Positions 27,004 to 40,149 are shown, counted from the stretch's first letter. The stretch is 64,000 nucleotides of DNA from Lingula anatina (GCA_051362555.1 CM120643.1:16682848-16746847), one strand, 5' to 3'. The notes: generated by a model from the letters alone, not told the origin. Made by a program: numbers and translations.

Positions 27004-30000
27004 ATATAACAAGTAGAAGAGTCCAGATGAAGATTAATGTAAGCCTTCAGTAAACAATGTAACCTCTCATTAAGGTCACCATCTATTTCAATTTTTTTTT
27101 AATTAAAATTGATTCACAGTCTTAACAGTAGCTTAATACGAACAAGACTTGTATGTTGTCTGCCAACAAACAGTAACTCTTATAGTTGTTACTTAGTCTG
27201 GGGAGTGTAAAGAATAAAATGCTTATCCAATCCTTTTTATCAGTATGTGTCCATGTAAAATATCATTTTAAACCATTTGGCATTACAACATATGAATACA
27301 ATTTACAAAGCCAAATTAAATATCTACTCTCAAAACTTTACTCTCTACTACACTCATTAACAAACAAAAATAGGCATCTGTATAAATCTATATAACAATG
27401 CACTCACAATGGCACCGGTTCCTCAGTGGTGACTGTGCACACCACTTTGCCCAGCACCACTTTCCCAGGGTTGATCTCTTGACTGAGGTCCTGCAGCATC
27501 ACATACGCCAGATCTATTGTCTTTCCAGATTGACTTGTGTATGAGCCACCCTTGTATACACCCAAGTGATTTTCTGAGATTTCGGAGATCATTGTTTGGA
27601 GCTTCTTCCCCTTGGTTTTACCCTGGAAACAGCATGGAGTGAGCTCGACACATAACAGTGACTGCAAAAGCATTTCACACGCACGCTTAAACACACTCCC
27701 TAATATACCCTCATACATGCAATTACACACACACACACACAATCCGTCATACAAACACACACAAAATCCCTCATGCACACAAGCACACACTCATACCTTG
27801 GTGTCCACCATATCCTGGACCTTGGTCAGATAGCTGACCAGTTGCTGTTCCTTTTCCTGTGGGTCAGGCCACAGAGGATCCAGAGCAGCAGCCCTGGCAA
27901 ACCCAACCAATGCCAGCTGGTACTCCTCTTGATACTTGTATGCCTGGAAATAAGACACCCACACTAAGACCCCATTCAGATAGACACATGGTACTAGTTG
28001 GGTAGGTCTAACTTTATGGAAGATTCTTGCTTAGTTCAATCAGTGGAATTGGCTTAATTGACACAGCTCCTTTGGCAGTCAGGGGGTAATTAAGCCAAGC
28101 ACACATGAAAGTTAATTACCCCCTAGCTGCTCAAGGAGGTGTTTCGTTCAGTTAAACTGACTGCACTTAGTACGAGCCTCCAAAGAGTTGGACTGACCTT
28201 ACTAGTACCATGCTTCTATCTGAATGCTCCCTAAAACACAGGAAGGATGATCATTTTGGTAAAAAAAGAAATTAAAAGAGACTAAAAATGACTCAGGCCC
28301 ATGTAATCAAGACTCCACCAAACGCCACTGTCTGCCAGTTTGTTAGATAATAGAGACTCCATAACTTACTTATACTATAATAACAATAAAAAAACGACTA
28401 AAAATTATTCGAAATGTGCACAAACCCTTTACCAGTACTTACTATTGCTCTGTTATAGTGGAGATCTGAATTACAATTGGCAACACTGTCTTTCTCCTAC
28501 ATGAAAGAGAAGGTAATGGATACAATGGGGTCAATGTTAAAATGCAGTGAAATATACTGTACTTAGTCTAGTACATTGATATGAAACATTAAAACCATCA
28601 CTTCCCATACTTATGTCTCTTTTTACCTTCAAGATGACAAGTTGGTCATACAGTTCATGAATGGTATATTAAATCAGTTTAACAGAAAACATAAAATGCT
28701 CCAAAACCTATTTAATTTTTGAGAGAAGAGTTTCACTAGCTCTGTTTGTATCAATTTAAATTATTGACTGACAGTCACAGAAATATTGGAGGTAAAACCT
28801 ACATATTTTATAAGCTCTTGATAAAAAGAAAAACAATAATTTAAACTATTTAATTTTTACTTTGCACATGTATATATCTTGTGCAGTACTGATCTCTAAA
28901 TTTGACTTAAAAGCTAAAGTATAACAAAGAAATGACTTTAAGTTTATGCTTTACTGGTATATTTACATGTGCACACTGGCACACACAAGTCACTACATCT
29001 TTCTCAAAAATATGTTTACAATTAAAACTGACTTTTGGAACAGTTTCTGTTATTTTTTGTCTGCCTGACTATACTCATTATATGAGAAAAAAACTTTCAC
29101 TGGACACTTACAGCCTGGGCATAGGCACTCATGCACTGTTTGAGCACTTTTGGATTTTGGTTTTCAGCAAAGAACATGGAGAGGTAGGCATTGCCAAGTA
29201 TAACTGAAAATATAGAGGAAAAAACTCAGGTGAAACCAATAAAAATGACAAATATATGAAACAAATGTATTATTATTTCAGCAACTTAGTCAAATTATAA
29301 ACTGATGAACCAACACAAATTTTTTTTTCTTTTTTAATTATATTGTGTGGTGATATGAAAAACTTGGGAATTCTACTAATAATCTTTTCTACTCTGTCCT
29401 AAAAAGGTTTCATTTGTTTGTGCAATCCCATATAAACACAAGTAACTAGATATCAGAGAAATGAGCAAGAACAAAGCACTTCACGATAACAAGAAATTTT
29501 TAAAATTCCCAAATGAAGCTTTAATTTGGAAAAGTTATATAACAGCTTGGTTTTACTTATGCCAGAACCTTTAATCAAATTTCCTCATTTTGTCACCGAC
29601 TTGGAAAAGAAAAATATACCTGGATAAATAAAAATGTGCTGAAGTGTACACTCACACACACACACACACACACACACACATGCTTACACCATGACGTTCC
29701 ATCTTTGATGTCTAACTGGACAGCTTCCTTGGCCTTCTCTACACTTTCTTCTACAAGTTTTATTCTTTCTGCAGGATCCTTTCCTAACTGCCGAAGTACC
29801 ATGGACAAATTACGCAAGGAAACTTTGTTCTTGGACTGAAGCCAACCAGAAAATATTGCCCTGAGTGAATGACTAAATATTTTCATTAAACAGAATGAGA
29901 TTACTTTGAAATTGTACAAAAATTCTCAATAATTTTTAGAACGCACAAAAACACCATTTTGACTCAGCAAAAGCTGTTATTGCATTTACATGATTTAGTG

Positions 30001-30562
30001 CTCCTAAAAAACAGTTCTTTGCTGCCTCCACGTCCTTATTTTTCCAGTATTCCTCCCCTAGATGGTTCCAAGCCTCTACCAACTTGGGATCCAGCTTGAC
30101 TGCTTTGGACAGAGCATCCAGGGAGGCTTGGTCAAACTGAGGCATCACATTCAAGGCCTTGCCACGCAGCATAAGGTAGACCGATTTGTTGTCTACTTGA
30201 TCTGAGGATAAATATATATATACAAATATAAGTTCATTATTGTACATTCAAGTTTCAGTCTATAATCTATCTATTGTTGTTGCTTCCATACAGGGGGGTT
30301 ATTATAACAGCAGTTTTTTTTTCATGCTTCACTCCCTCTATCTCACTCATGTTTTCAACCTCCATATGCTAGGTTCTATACGTGAGCAGACAATTCTATA
30401 ATCATTATGGTCTTTAGCTTGGCCAGAAAACCCTCAACTCCCAGTATTTGAGTAAAGCAATTTGCCACATAAATTCAACAAAAATCATGTCATATTCATC
30501 ACACTTTAAATGTGTATGCCAACTGAATAAACACACTCACACACACACACACACACACACAT

Positions 30563-30595
<33 letters not shown>

Positions 30596-31740
30596 CACAC
30601 ACACACACACAGACATCACATGTATATGTTTCCATTTTAAAATACAAATTACGTTACCAGCAATCATCTTCATATTGAGGTATATGTAGTAGTACATTGA
30701 AGTTTGCATATAAAAATACTGGTGATACTTTAACTGTACTTATAATTATACAGTTGAGACAGAATAATTATAATTGCACCATTTATTGAATCCAGAAGCT
30801 GCATGACATTATCAAGTTGTTTCTTTAGCTCTTCAACTTTCAGTGCTGCTTCTTCTAAACTATGTCTCTCAAAGTAGTGGTCTCGAAAATCATACAGGGC
30901 AGCAACAGCCTCCTGAAGAAGAAACAAAGTTTCATATGTGACAATGGCAGACATTCAATACACCCTTGTTATTGTTACAATAATGTGCTGAATGATAAGT
31001 GGGACTTGGCAACTGTTTTGTTTTGCCATCTGACTTATTTTGTAAAATAAAAAAAAAAAAAAAGCCAATTTTACAGTATTCCCAGCCCCTACTGTAAAAT
31101 TAAGTCTTGAATCTTCTGTCTTTTTTTATTTTATTTATTTTTTTTTTTTTTTTAACTTCGAGCTTTTCCAAAACCCACTGGGAAAACAATGAAAATTTTA
31201 GTGTGCAGAGAGAGTATCTGGGCAGCACCTGCATATGATTCCACATTATGGGATTTTAATTTTTAAAAGAGACCGAAGAACTTTGAACATAGGAATGAAG
31301 GTATTATACTGATATCATCGAGTATGCATAGTAGTCAGTACTAGTTTACAAGATATCAAAAAAGGCAAAAGTGAGTTGTTAACTTATGATTTTGCTGTGC
31401 TTTAATTAGCGGAGACATTGCTCGAACTCACTATACAAATTAATTTAGAAAATTTAATATTTGGAATGAAAGAGTTATATGGTGTCTTACACTGTGCTAC
31501 AAGCACTTAGCAGGAGAAGGCATATGATATGCCATGATATGGCCAAGAGGGAAGGCGGCCCTTGTAAGTTGACAGATCAATTGAAATATTCCTACTGGAA
31601 AGTGCGTTTCATATCAGCAAGAAATATAGATGTCACGTATAACTGATTTTCACATCCACCGCATATCTAATGATTACCTCAGCCTGTTGGAGCGGCGACA
31701 TATCTCCCGCAGGCGTCAAGTTCTCGCCAGCAGCCGCCAT
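26346..31740 (-). CDS. TTC5: Tetratricopeptide repeat protein 5 (TPR repeats + C-terminal OB fold), 10 exons, ~442 aa
   Basis: Exons 31740-31678, 30912-30780, 30201-29990, 29835-29688, 29203-29112, 28496-28443, 27943-27797, 27622-27408, 26895-26751, 26465-26346; phases consistent. Motifs [89 protein letters not shown]. Confidence 0.94.
27968..28231. mobile_element. PIF/Harbinger-type foldback MITE in TTC5 intron 6
   Basis: TAA|GACCCCATTCAGATAGA...TCTATCTGAATGCTCCC|TAA; inverted GGGGGTAATTAA / TTAATTACCCCC core. Confidence 0.8.
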
Positions 31741-32198
31741 ACTGTTTGTTTATATCAGAGCCAAGTGAAACTGTATATTTAGTTTACTTGCAGCTATGGA
31801 ACATATGGGGGATATATTCAAACATTATAGGAATGAAAATTAATAAAATTATTGTTTACAACAGAAAAATCAACATTTGAATACAAATTATTGCCACATT
31901 TTCCATCAATTGCCTTTCATAATTATTTAAAGCTAAATTCGAAATAAGTTCATAACTCCTCTCGTATTATTCGAACATATGCGGAAAGGTGCTGCAGCTG
32001 TTCCGAAAGCACAATAGACAGTGTGATACAATCATACAACAGTTGACCGTAGTAAAACTCCAGTCTGCCAGAATAGAACTGAACTATCACATGAATTGGT
32101 GACCAAAAAAGAATATGAGGATGATGATTCTGCAAAAGAGCGACCATATTCTGTTGCCTTGTTTAAAAATGAAATTGCCTAGAGGGAGTGTAGACTAT

Positions 32199-32413
32199 GA
32201 CCCCATTCCCAGAGATTAGATCGATCTACATTAGATCGACCTAACTCCCTTGGGGTTCACGCTAAATAGCTGTCAGCCGGGCGGACACGAAAGTTAATTA
32301 CCCCCTTACAGCATGTAGTAGGCGGGACGGACATTTAAGCCGGATTATCTGACAGTAATCTAGTGAGACTCCCTGCGGGGATAGATCGATCTAAAAGCTC
32401 TGGGAATACGCCC
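32199..32413. mobile_element. PIF/Harbinger-type MITE upstream of TTC5 (inverted copy of 1921-2146)
   Basis: GACCCCATTCCCAGAG...CTCTGGGAATACGCCC|TAA; high similarity to the reverse complement of 1921-2146. Confidence 0.8.
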
Positions 32414-32632
32414 TAAGATGCAACAGGGGCATTCAGTGGTATTTGGACATATGTCACATACATTTTTCAAATTTATAAAAATCAACCAAAAGTCAAATTT
32501 TTTTAATAAAAAAGATTTAAGGGGTAAGAAATTTATAAAAGATTTTGCTGTAATTTGCGATTTAATGATTTTATAGAGCATTAAAAATAAAAAAGTGAAA
32601 ATTTTCATTACGGACATATTTTTTATATAAGC

Positions 32633-32878
32633 CAGTGGCGGATTTGGGGGGGGGGGGGGGTGTTAGTCGTCATCCATGCTGTTACGAGCAGAAACCGAGG
32701 GGGGGGGGAGGGTAGCACTAATTCTCCCCTCGATTTCTGAAAAAAATCACACTGAAATAGAATTTCGACTAGATGAATGACAGTTCTAAACCGTACCAAA
32801 TGGCACGTACGTCGAACCTCTAAAATAGGCTACCAAACTTTTTCGGGGGCCCTTCAAATAATTCTGGATCCGCCCCTG
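32633..32878. mobile_element. MITE with CAGTGGCGGAT/ATCCGCCCCTG TIRs
   Basis: Same family as 43213-43476 (shared GTTCTAAACCGTACCAAATGGCAC and TTCAAATAAT.CTGGATCCGCCCCTG). Confidence 0.75.
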
Positions 32879-34570
32879 TAAGACTAACACTCAAACTGAA
32901 TTTTATTAGCAGTTTTCAATTGAGCCATAAAGTATTACTAGTTAGTACATGTCCTTAAGGTAAACACATAGGCCTATAAGTTTAAGTGAACTCTCAAAAA
33001 TTTTAATTCTAAATCAAAACTCATATTTTCTATCCTTTAGGATTTGGTGCCTACATTTTTATTTCCAGTTTTTACGCTTTACTTTTATTTTGTGATACTT
33101 ATTTTATTTTTCCTTTTAGTCTTTATTTTTGATTTCGAGTTATGAAGGCAGAAGTCAACTATAGGCGTGTATGGGGATTAGCGCAGCAAAGATTTTTACT
33201 CCGACCAGCAAAGACCTTTTAGGCCTACTTCATTTTATCATGAAAATGTACTTTTTATCTTGTAAGGATAAACAGTTGTATTGGAATTTTATCCCAAAGA
33301 TGGCGATTTTGCCGGACGGTGAAACTTTCCTCTCAGTAATGCATCCACAAATGAAACCCGGATAAGTGGTGTACGGCATTGCCTTTTAGTGTAGGGACAT
33401 GTGGGCTACACCTCACATATCATTTGCACATAGCAATGTCTTATAAAGGAATACAAGAAATTTCAGTCCTATAGGCAAAGTTAGTTATTTTCCAATTGCA
33501 GTCTCAAAAAATTCATTTGTTTCAATATTTGAATTCCACGTTTCTTATCTAGTCGGCATATAGTCGTCATTCATGCTGTTACAGCTGTACGAGCCGATTT
33601 CGGCCGTCAAAGACTTTTCGGAAGATGTATAATTCAGTTGTATGATTGGCCGAGGTGACTTGTATTGCGAAGCCGAGCGAAATCGGTCGTCTTTATCTTC
33701 GTGATTCGATTGTGGGATAAATCAATCACCGTGACATTAGCCGGGACGTGCGTACAGCCTCTAAGCTGTGCAGTTGAAAATGACGTCACTTCTCACTTAG
33801 AGCAAGCGAGGTTTCTTTTATGAATTGATGTTTGCCTTAAGTTGATGGGAAGTGGTTTAAAATTTATCAGTTAAAACACTGGTAACGAGCTCCATAAACT
33901 CAAATGACGCTTGCTAATAGCTCCACTAATCGCCGATACCGTTACCTCCTTGTTTATATCTTCCTGGTAAAATGGGTAATTATCTAAAGTTAAGTCATGC
34001 TTTTCTTAAAATTAAATCACACAGTACCAAAATCAAGACTCGACTCCCACAGTCAACAATTGAAAAAGTTTGCAAATAGCGTTCGATTGCAAAATGCGGT
34101 GGTACTACATGCAGTAGAGCCGCATTTTGCAACTAAACGCATTATGCATGCAACTAAAAATCGTGAAAACGCATTTTGCATCCCGTACGCATTTTGCAGC
34201 AAGAATTTTTTTCCAAGTCACTGAAATTGTTTGAACTACTATAGAGTTAGCACACTGATGATAGAGGCGGGGTTCCATGACATCCGGAATCTAGGGTACC
34301 TTCTGTACTCTGGTAAGACGGGTGGATAGTGGTTATTGTGAGATCTTAAGTGCAATGCAGCCACAGTCTTCTCTTGCCTATTTGCTGGCGCTGTTTTTTA
34401 TTTTTCATTTTTTTTTTATTATTATTTTCGTCAGTGCTTCACAATAGTTTTCAAGTCGGGTATTTGGCTCTTCAAATCAACTAACGAGATGTAACCTTCA
34501 GGTTTCTGATTCTCAGGGTAGCTACATTGTTAAGTCATAGGCGGAAAAGGGGGGGGGGGGGTAGTGCATC

Positions 34571-34894
34571 AACTCCAACTCACAGTATTTAAGATGCACA
34601 GCACGATATACGTATAGCCAAAGACTTGTAGAGATGGGTAAGTTAAAAGACAACTCCAACTCCCAGTATTTGAGATGCACAGCACGATGTACGTATAGCC
34701 AAAGACTTGTAGAGATGGGTAAGTTAAAAGACAACTCCAACTCCCAGTATTTGAGATGCACAGCACGATGTACGTATAGCCAAAGACTTGTAGAGATGGG
34801 TAAGTTAAAAGACAACTCCAACTCCCAGTATTTGAGATGCACAGCACGATGTACGTATAGCCAAAGACTTGTAGAGATGGGTAAGTTAAAAGAC
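34571..34894. repeat. 81-bp minisatellite, 4 copies
   Basis: Units start at 34571, 34652, 34733 and 34814; units 2-4 identical, unit 1 differs at about 3 sites. Confidence 0.95.
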
Positions 34895-36123
34895 ACTATT
34901 TTATGAGGTAATTATTTTAATAGTTAAGGACGAATATTTGTACGGGTTCTGTAATCTTGGCGCTAAGATGTAATATGCAGTGTACATAGTGCTAACCCGG
35001 TGGCTGATATTGGTAAACCAGTGTGGAGTTTTCCATGAGGTTTTAGTTCTCAAGGCAAATGCTCGAGTTAGAAACGGAGACTGGTCGTTACTTTTCTAAT
35101 TGCTTCAGAAAAATGTGCTCGAAAAAAATTATAGATCTTTTTTTTTTTTTTTTTCGTTTATTTGCGGTCACAGACAAATCTTTTTTTTCAGCATTTTTAT
35201 TCATAGAGATATAACAAATAATCTTACTGTGCAATGTGGTTGTAAAATGATGTGCCCCGCATGGCATGAAGCGGGACCGGTTATATTCTATAAAATCTGA
35301 CAAAGAACAAAGCTGAAGAACAACTGCATAATAGAAAACCTCGGAAAAACTTTTTTCCTCGCAGTTTCAATACTGTCTTTGATATCGCTTCGTGCAGTTT
35401 TGAAGATATATTTGGTACAATTAGACTAATTTCATTCACAATTTCATTAATTTGACTTTCATTTTTATCATTCTATCATCGTTTCAAAAATTGTCAAATT
35501 GTGCTCAGTAATGACAATGTAACAAGGTGAAAATATTGTGATCAAATGTGATACAAGACAATACAGAAGTAAACAAAAGTGAAATACAATAAATTTTAGA
35601 GCAAGAGTTAAACAATACTCTCATCCACTATATTATTTACACCCAAACGTAACTAACAAATAACATGGAGAAAGTAAACGCATAGGTCCGTATGTTTAGA
35701 GCAAGAGTTAAACAATACTGTAGGTAGAACCTACATGTAGAATTGTTGCTTCACGACGCCTTTTTATATCGTAAGTGCAAGTACTAACTAAGAAGTGCGA
35801 AATATTGATGCGAAATATGAGATATTTACAGCGAGACATGAGTTACTACATTGGACAATAAACACTATCATTGTCTACTTTTTTTAAACTTCTAATTCTT
35901 ATAAATATTAACACAAGCACCTTCGATTTTGGAAGTGAGATCTTTCAGCCAAAATACTGATTTTATGTGGTTAAAGGGGGTGAGGTTATCAACATATCCC
36001 TTTGATTCCCGGCAGGAAACGTTTGTACTGAATCGAAGAAATAAAAGATATTCAGACAGTTTTAATGTTTTCGCGAAACAGTTACGTCACCATGACGTCA
36101 ACATTTTACCAAATGCACGTAGT

Positions 36124-37247
36124 TTAATTCACAAGCGGTCCATATAGCACGTGGTTATACCTGTTACTCTCATCGTTCGTTGTATAATACTGTTTCGCAG
36201 CTTCAATGAATTCTGCCTCTTGGATGACGCCATCTGCGTCTGTGTCCAACGTATCGAAATTGGCTTGGATGAACGCGTCAGGAACGCCACTGCAGCGAGG
36301 CATGTCCGCGTACTCGGTGAACGTAAGCATGCCGTCTTGGTCGTGATCCATGTACCCGAAGACAAAATGGTACATATTACGTAAGTTCTTTGAAGTTTCC
36401 GGGCTCTGCATCTCCCGCCTCATTGCGTCAACAAACTGACGCTCGCTAATACCTCTCTCCTGAACACTACGGGGTGTGCCTGGTCCTGAAAGAAAACGCA
36501 AAAATTATCATTATGAAGGAAATACTTTGCACACTACTCCATCATGTCTCAGAAAGAAATCATTGTTGGCAGAGGATGCAGTTGTCGCATGGTGATTATT
36601 CACATTTATTCTTGATTAGTGTTATGCGATTGTGTTAATCCATTATTCCTGATAATGAGGATGCCAATCAACGAAATTGGCTAATACGCAAAAGATGTGA
36701 TAAGACGTGTGCAAAGGGAGAAAACCACGTTTTTTGAGTACAGTGGTACTGCGACGCACAGAGGGAAACAGGGAGGCAGTTGCACAGGCATACAGACAGA
36801 CAAACATACAGAGAGACAGAGGTAGACAGGCAGGCAGGCAGGCAGACATGCAAACAGACAGACAGACAGACTGACAGGTAGACAAGGTAGACAGGCAGGC
36901 AGGCAGACATGCAAACAGACAGTCAGATAGACAGAAAGAGGTAGACAAGGTAGACAGGCAGGCAGGCAGACATGCAAACAGACAGTCAGATAGACAGACA
37001 GAGGTAGACAAGCAGGCAGATATGCAAACAGACAGTCAGATAGACAGACAGAGGTAGACAGGCAGGCAGGCAAGCAGACAGACAGACAGACAGAAGGCAA
37101 ACAAACAAACAGACAGACAAGTTGTAGCTAACTGACTACTTGCCTTTACTGATGAACAGATGGCTGTGTGGCATCTCGTTAACAATATTTACCGAACAAC
37201 TGAGCATAATCATGAGTAGGCCTAAGTGATTTACAGTAACTGGGACA

Positions 37248-37320
<73 letters not shown>

Positions 37321-38433
37321 TCACCTGCGAAAAACTTATCCCACGCATCTGATTCCATCATCATAATTTGGTTCATTCTCTGCATGCTGTCCAGTTTACA
37401 ACATCTTATGATGTGGACGCCGAGGGCCAAGAAATCCTTTCTGGTCAGACGGTTGTCGTGATTACTGTCTAGCCGGGCAAAAACTGTGCGCATCTTCCGC
37501 ACCCACAACGCACCCTGAAATTACAGGCCGGGGAATAGAAGATGCGGGTAAGTTCCAAGTTCCAAAAAGAAAATGATTCAAATAAGCACGCTGAAATGAT
37601 ATTCAATTACTGGGATGTAGCTGAATAGATTTTTACTGAAATAGAGCACATAGAATTGTTCAGGTGTTTTTTTTTTAATGTAGTCTTTTGTGTTTCTATG
37701 TTAATTAGTGATTCTAAGGGACGATATAGTAGTATATTTTCTTATCATTAGGTGACAAAATTTCAATTTCAACATTTCATTTATTTTCTAAATGTATAAG
37801 CGGTATTTTATGCTGCCTTCACAGTGGAAAAAGGGGGAAAGGGGCATAAATATATTTTAAATCAACAATAATGATGACAATAACAATAATTATTATCTAC
37901 TAATAATGATAATAACAAAAGTTTTATACAATGATAATTTCACTTGTACATGTACCTTCATCCTCCTGTTGCTTTGCATTCACTCGGGTTTTGCTTTAAA
38001 TTTTTCAACTTTTCAGAATAATTTAAGCCCTGACGAAAATGCGATCTTGACAAGATGAATGAATTTTTTATTAAACAAGAACCACGTTTTCGAAATTTTC
38101 ATTATCTTGGAATTTTTTTAAAACTATTTAAGATGAAAGGATTTCAATGTATTTAGTTGTGAAAATATGAGCAACAGGAGAATAACGTAAAATAATTAAG
38201 GAAGTACTTTATTCTAAAGCACAGTTCTATAATCAAATACCCTTAATTCCTAGGAAGAAAAAAATGCTATCAAAATAATATTTTTGGTAGATCATGTAAT
38301 AAATGTGCATGGCTGTGCTTGTTACTGAATTATATCTGGAATATTTTGTAAAGATTCTTACCTGCCCATTAGCTGTACATAACTCTAAGAGTAACAGAAA
38401 TGCTAAACCAAGAAATGTGGATAAAGCTCTCAT
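36124..38433 (-). CDS. Sarcoplasmic calcium-binding protein (SCP/calexcitin/photoprotein-like EF-hand family) with predicted signal peptide, 3 exons, ~207 aa
   Basis: Exons 38433-38362 (MRALSTFLGLAFLLLLELCTANGQ), 37514-37325 (GALWVRKMRTVFARLDSNHDNRLTRKDF...WDKFFA), 36485-36124 (loops DHDQDGMLTFTE and DTDADGVIQEAE, end LYGPLVN). Phases 0 and 1 join correctly. The pattern resembles annelid SCP (WVQKM..F.RID.DKDG.IT..DF ... WGPLV). Attachment of exon 1 is inferred. Confidence 0.85.
36790..37120. repeat. Compound (GACA/GGCA)n microsatellite with higher-order units in the EF-hand gene intron 2
   Basis: Repeated GAGGTAGACA..GGCAGGCAGACATGCAAACAGACAGTCAGATAGACAGA blocks. Confidence 0.9.
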
Positions 38434-38562
38434 TCTTCCGGGTTACAATATCCTTAATCTTGGTAACGACACACGCTTTCTGGCAGTCGGGCTTGAAACT
38501 CTTTGGCAGTCAATGCACGTACTGAACAGCTCCAGAATTAAGAAGACACTGTAAAACACCGG

Positions 38563-38611
38563 TATTTATAGTCTCAGTCCTTTACACCGAATTCAAATAC
38601 CAATCACGTGA
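38563..38611 (-). promoter_or_regulatory. Putative core promoter of the EF-hand gene (TATA box, CCAAT and E-box)
   Basis: Minus-strand TATAAATA at 38570-38563, ~130 bp upstream of ATG 38433; CCAATCACGTG about 30-40 bp further upstream. Confidence 0.45.
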
Positions 38612-39775
38612 TTGTTTAACTAGAAACTAGGACAGTTCACGAGGAGGTGAAACTTAAAGTAGACACACATTGGTTAACTGTAGGCGTGTCTTTAAGGTGG
38701 CTTAAAATATCACGATATCGAGTGCTACTTGGTAATGGGGGCGCACGCACGCAGACCACAGAAAACCTGCGTCCCGCTGTGAGTGACGGAACAGGTTGTT
38801 TTGAGAACTGGAGAACACGTGTTATTTACAGAGACATTGCACAAGAAAACAATTGAGATTTATTGCGACACAATGGCCGTTTGGTTCTCAGAACCGCAAC
38901 ATAAGGAAGATGCAATGTGCAAAGAAAATGGAGCAATTTTAGGACTGTTGTTTACACTAGTGGGCGTATAACTAGGTTGTCAAGTAAATTCACTTTTGAT
39001 CGGTTAAAAACTGGTTTCAGTCCACGGGATTTGATGGATGACCAACTACTTGGGGTTTCAGATTTTGATCAAAATATCCTGACCATATTTTCCTGAAAAT
39101 CTGATTTCGCAAGAATAAACCAACAGCATGAAAATCTGACTTCCTGGATTTCTGCACGTAATTTGCAGTTCCTTTCACACTTGAAAAAATTAAAAATCGA
39201 CCATGAGGCAAGTTTACACATAAAAATTCATTAAGATTATGATAACACCGGGAGATTAGGGGGAGCAACATTATAGATATCAAAGTAAACATGAATAATT
39301 TGCCGTGTTGGCTAATTTTTATATTTGAAAATAAATTTAATGAATAAATTAAAAACACAAATGCAAATGAAGAAATGAGAAATACGTTGCGCTCTTCAGA
39401 GCATAAGAAATATAGGATAGTCCCTGACATGTTTTCAGAGGTTAAGTTTTAAGCCGCGTCTACTGTTTATTGTCTCTGCATCAAAATTTCAAGCGTTTCG
39501 TTAATTCCACTGGCCTAGTTTCCTTGCTTTTCTCCTTCTCCTTCTCATTTTTTTAGTAACTTAACAAATGGAAACGTCAAGTGAAAGCTGGCCAAGATGA
39601 GATAAAGAAATTAATGAATAAAGAAAAATAGAAAGAAAAGAAAAAGGGAAATAAAAGGCTATGAGAACAGCGTGTGATGACGTAGTGAAAAAAGGCAGAC
39701 GAAAGTTGTTACCAAAAATAGAGACAGAAAATGTGAGTCCAAGTAATTTGTAAATAGCGATGATAGACCGAAGTG

Positions 39776-40032
39776 ACTTATTCCCAATGAAATTATCGTT
39801 CTACGTAGATCGATCCAACTCCGAGGTGACTGTCGCTAAATGCAATCAGATTAACACGCCTCCTCTTGTTTCCAACGTACTTGTATAACCACCACCTATT
39901 CTTATCTGTATTCTACTCAACACCTAAAGGAGACGTGCTAATCTCTTAATGTGATTGCATTTCGCAAGACTCCCCGCTGAGCTGGAGTTATCTACATGTA
40001 CGTAGAACGGTAGCTGCATTAGGAATGAACCC
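39776..40032. mobile_element. PIF/Harbinger-type MITE (uninterrupted host-family copy)
   Basis: Ends ATTCCCAATGAA..TCGTTCTACGTAGATCGATCC ... CGTAGAACGGTAGCTGCATTAGGAATGAACCC; matches the flanks of the nested insertion at 9726. Confidence 0.6.
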
Positions 40033-40149
40033 AAAGAAAGGCCGCACGTACAAAATACGAACAATAAATACAGTCCTGTGGAACCTGTAAAAAATTAAAA
40101 TATGAGAAATCTCTTGAAGTTATGAGAAACATGTCAGGCAAGGACAAGA

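Noticed and set aside
33171-33365. Possible gene divergent from TTC5 (AAGATGGCG start near 33300)
   Set aside because: Short ORF that stops at 33365, with no convincing downstream exons or homology.
33575-34225. CpG-rich patches with GCATTTTGCA repeats as ncRNA or enhancer
   Set aside because: More consistent with decayed MITE remnants; no defined termini or RNA fold could be supported.
34522-34906. CRISPR-like array or repeat-protein ORFs
   Set aside because: Head-to-tail 81-bp units with no unique spacers and no cas genes in a eukaryotic context; the ORFs are a by-product of a unit length divisible by 3.
36643-37100. Cys/Leu/Ser-rich ORFs (CLSVCLPA...)
   Set aside because: Translations of an intronic GACA/GGCA microsatellite.
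37956-38029. Possible extra exon of the EF-hand gene with in-frame TGA (selenocysteine or poison exon)
   Set aside because: Exon 1 already joins 37514 in phase; this 74-nt segment would break the frame, and I recognised no SECIS element.
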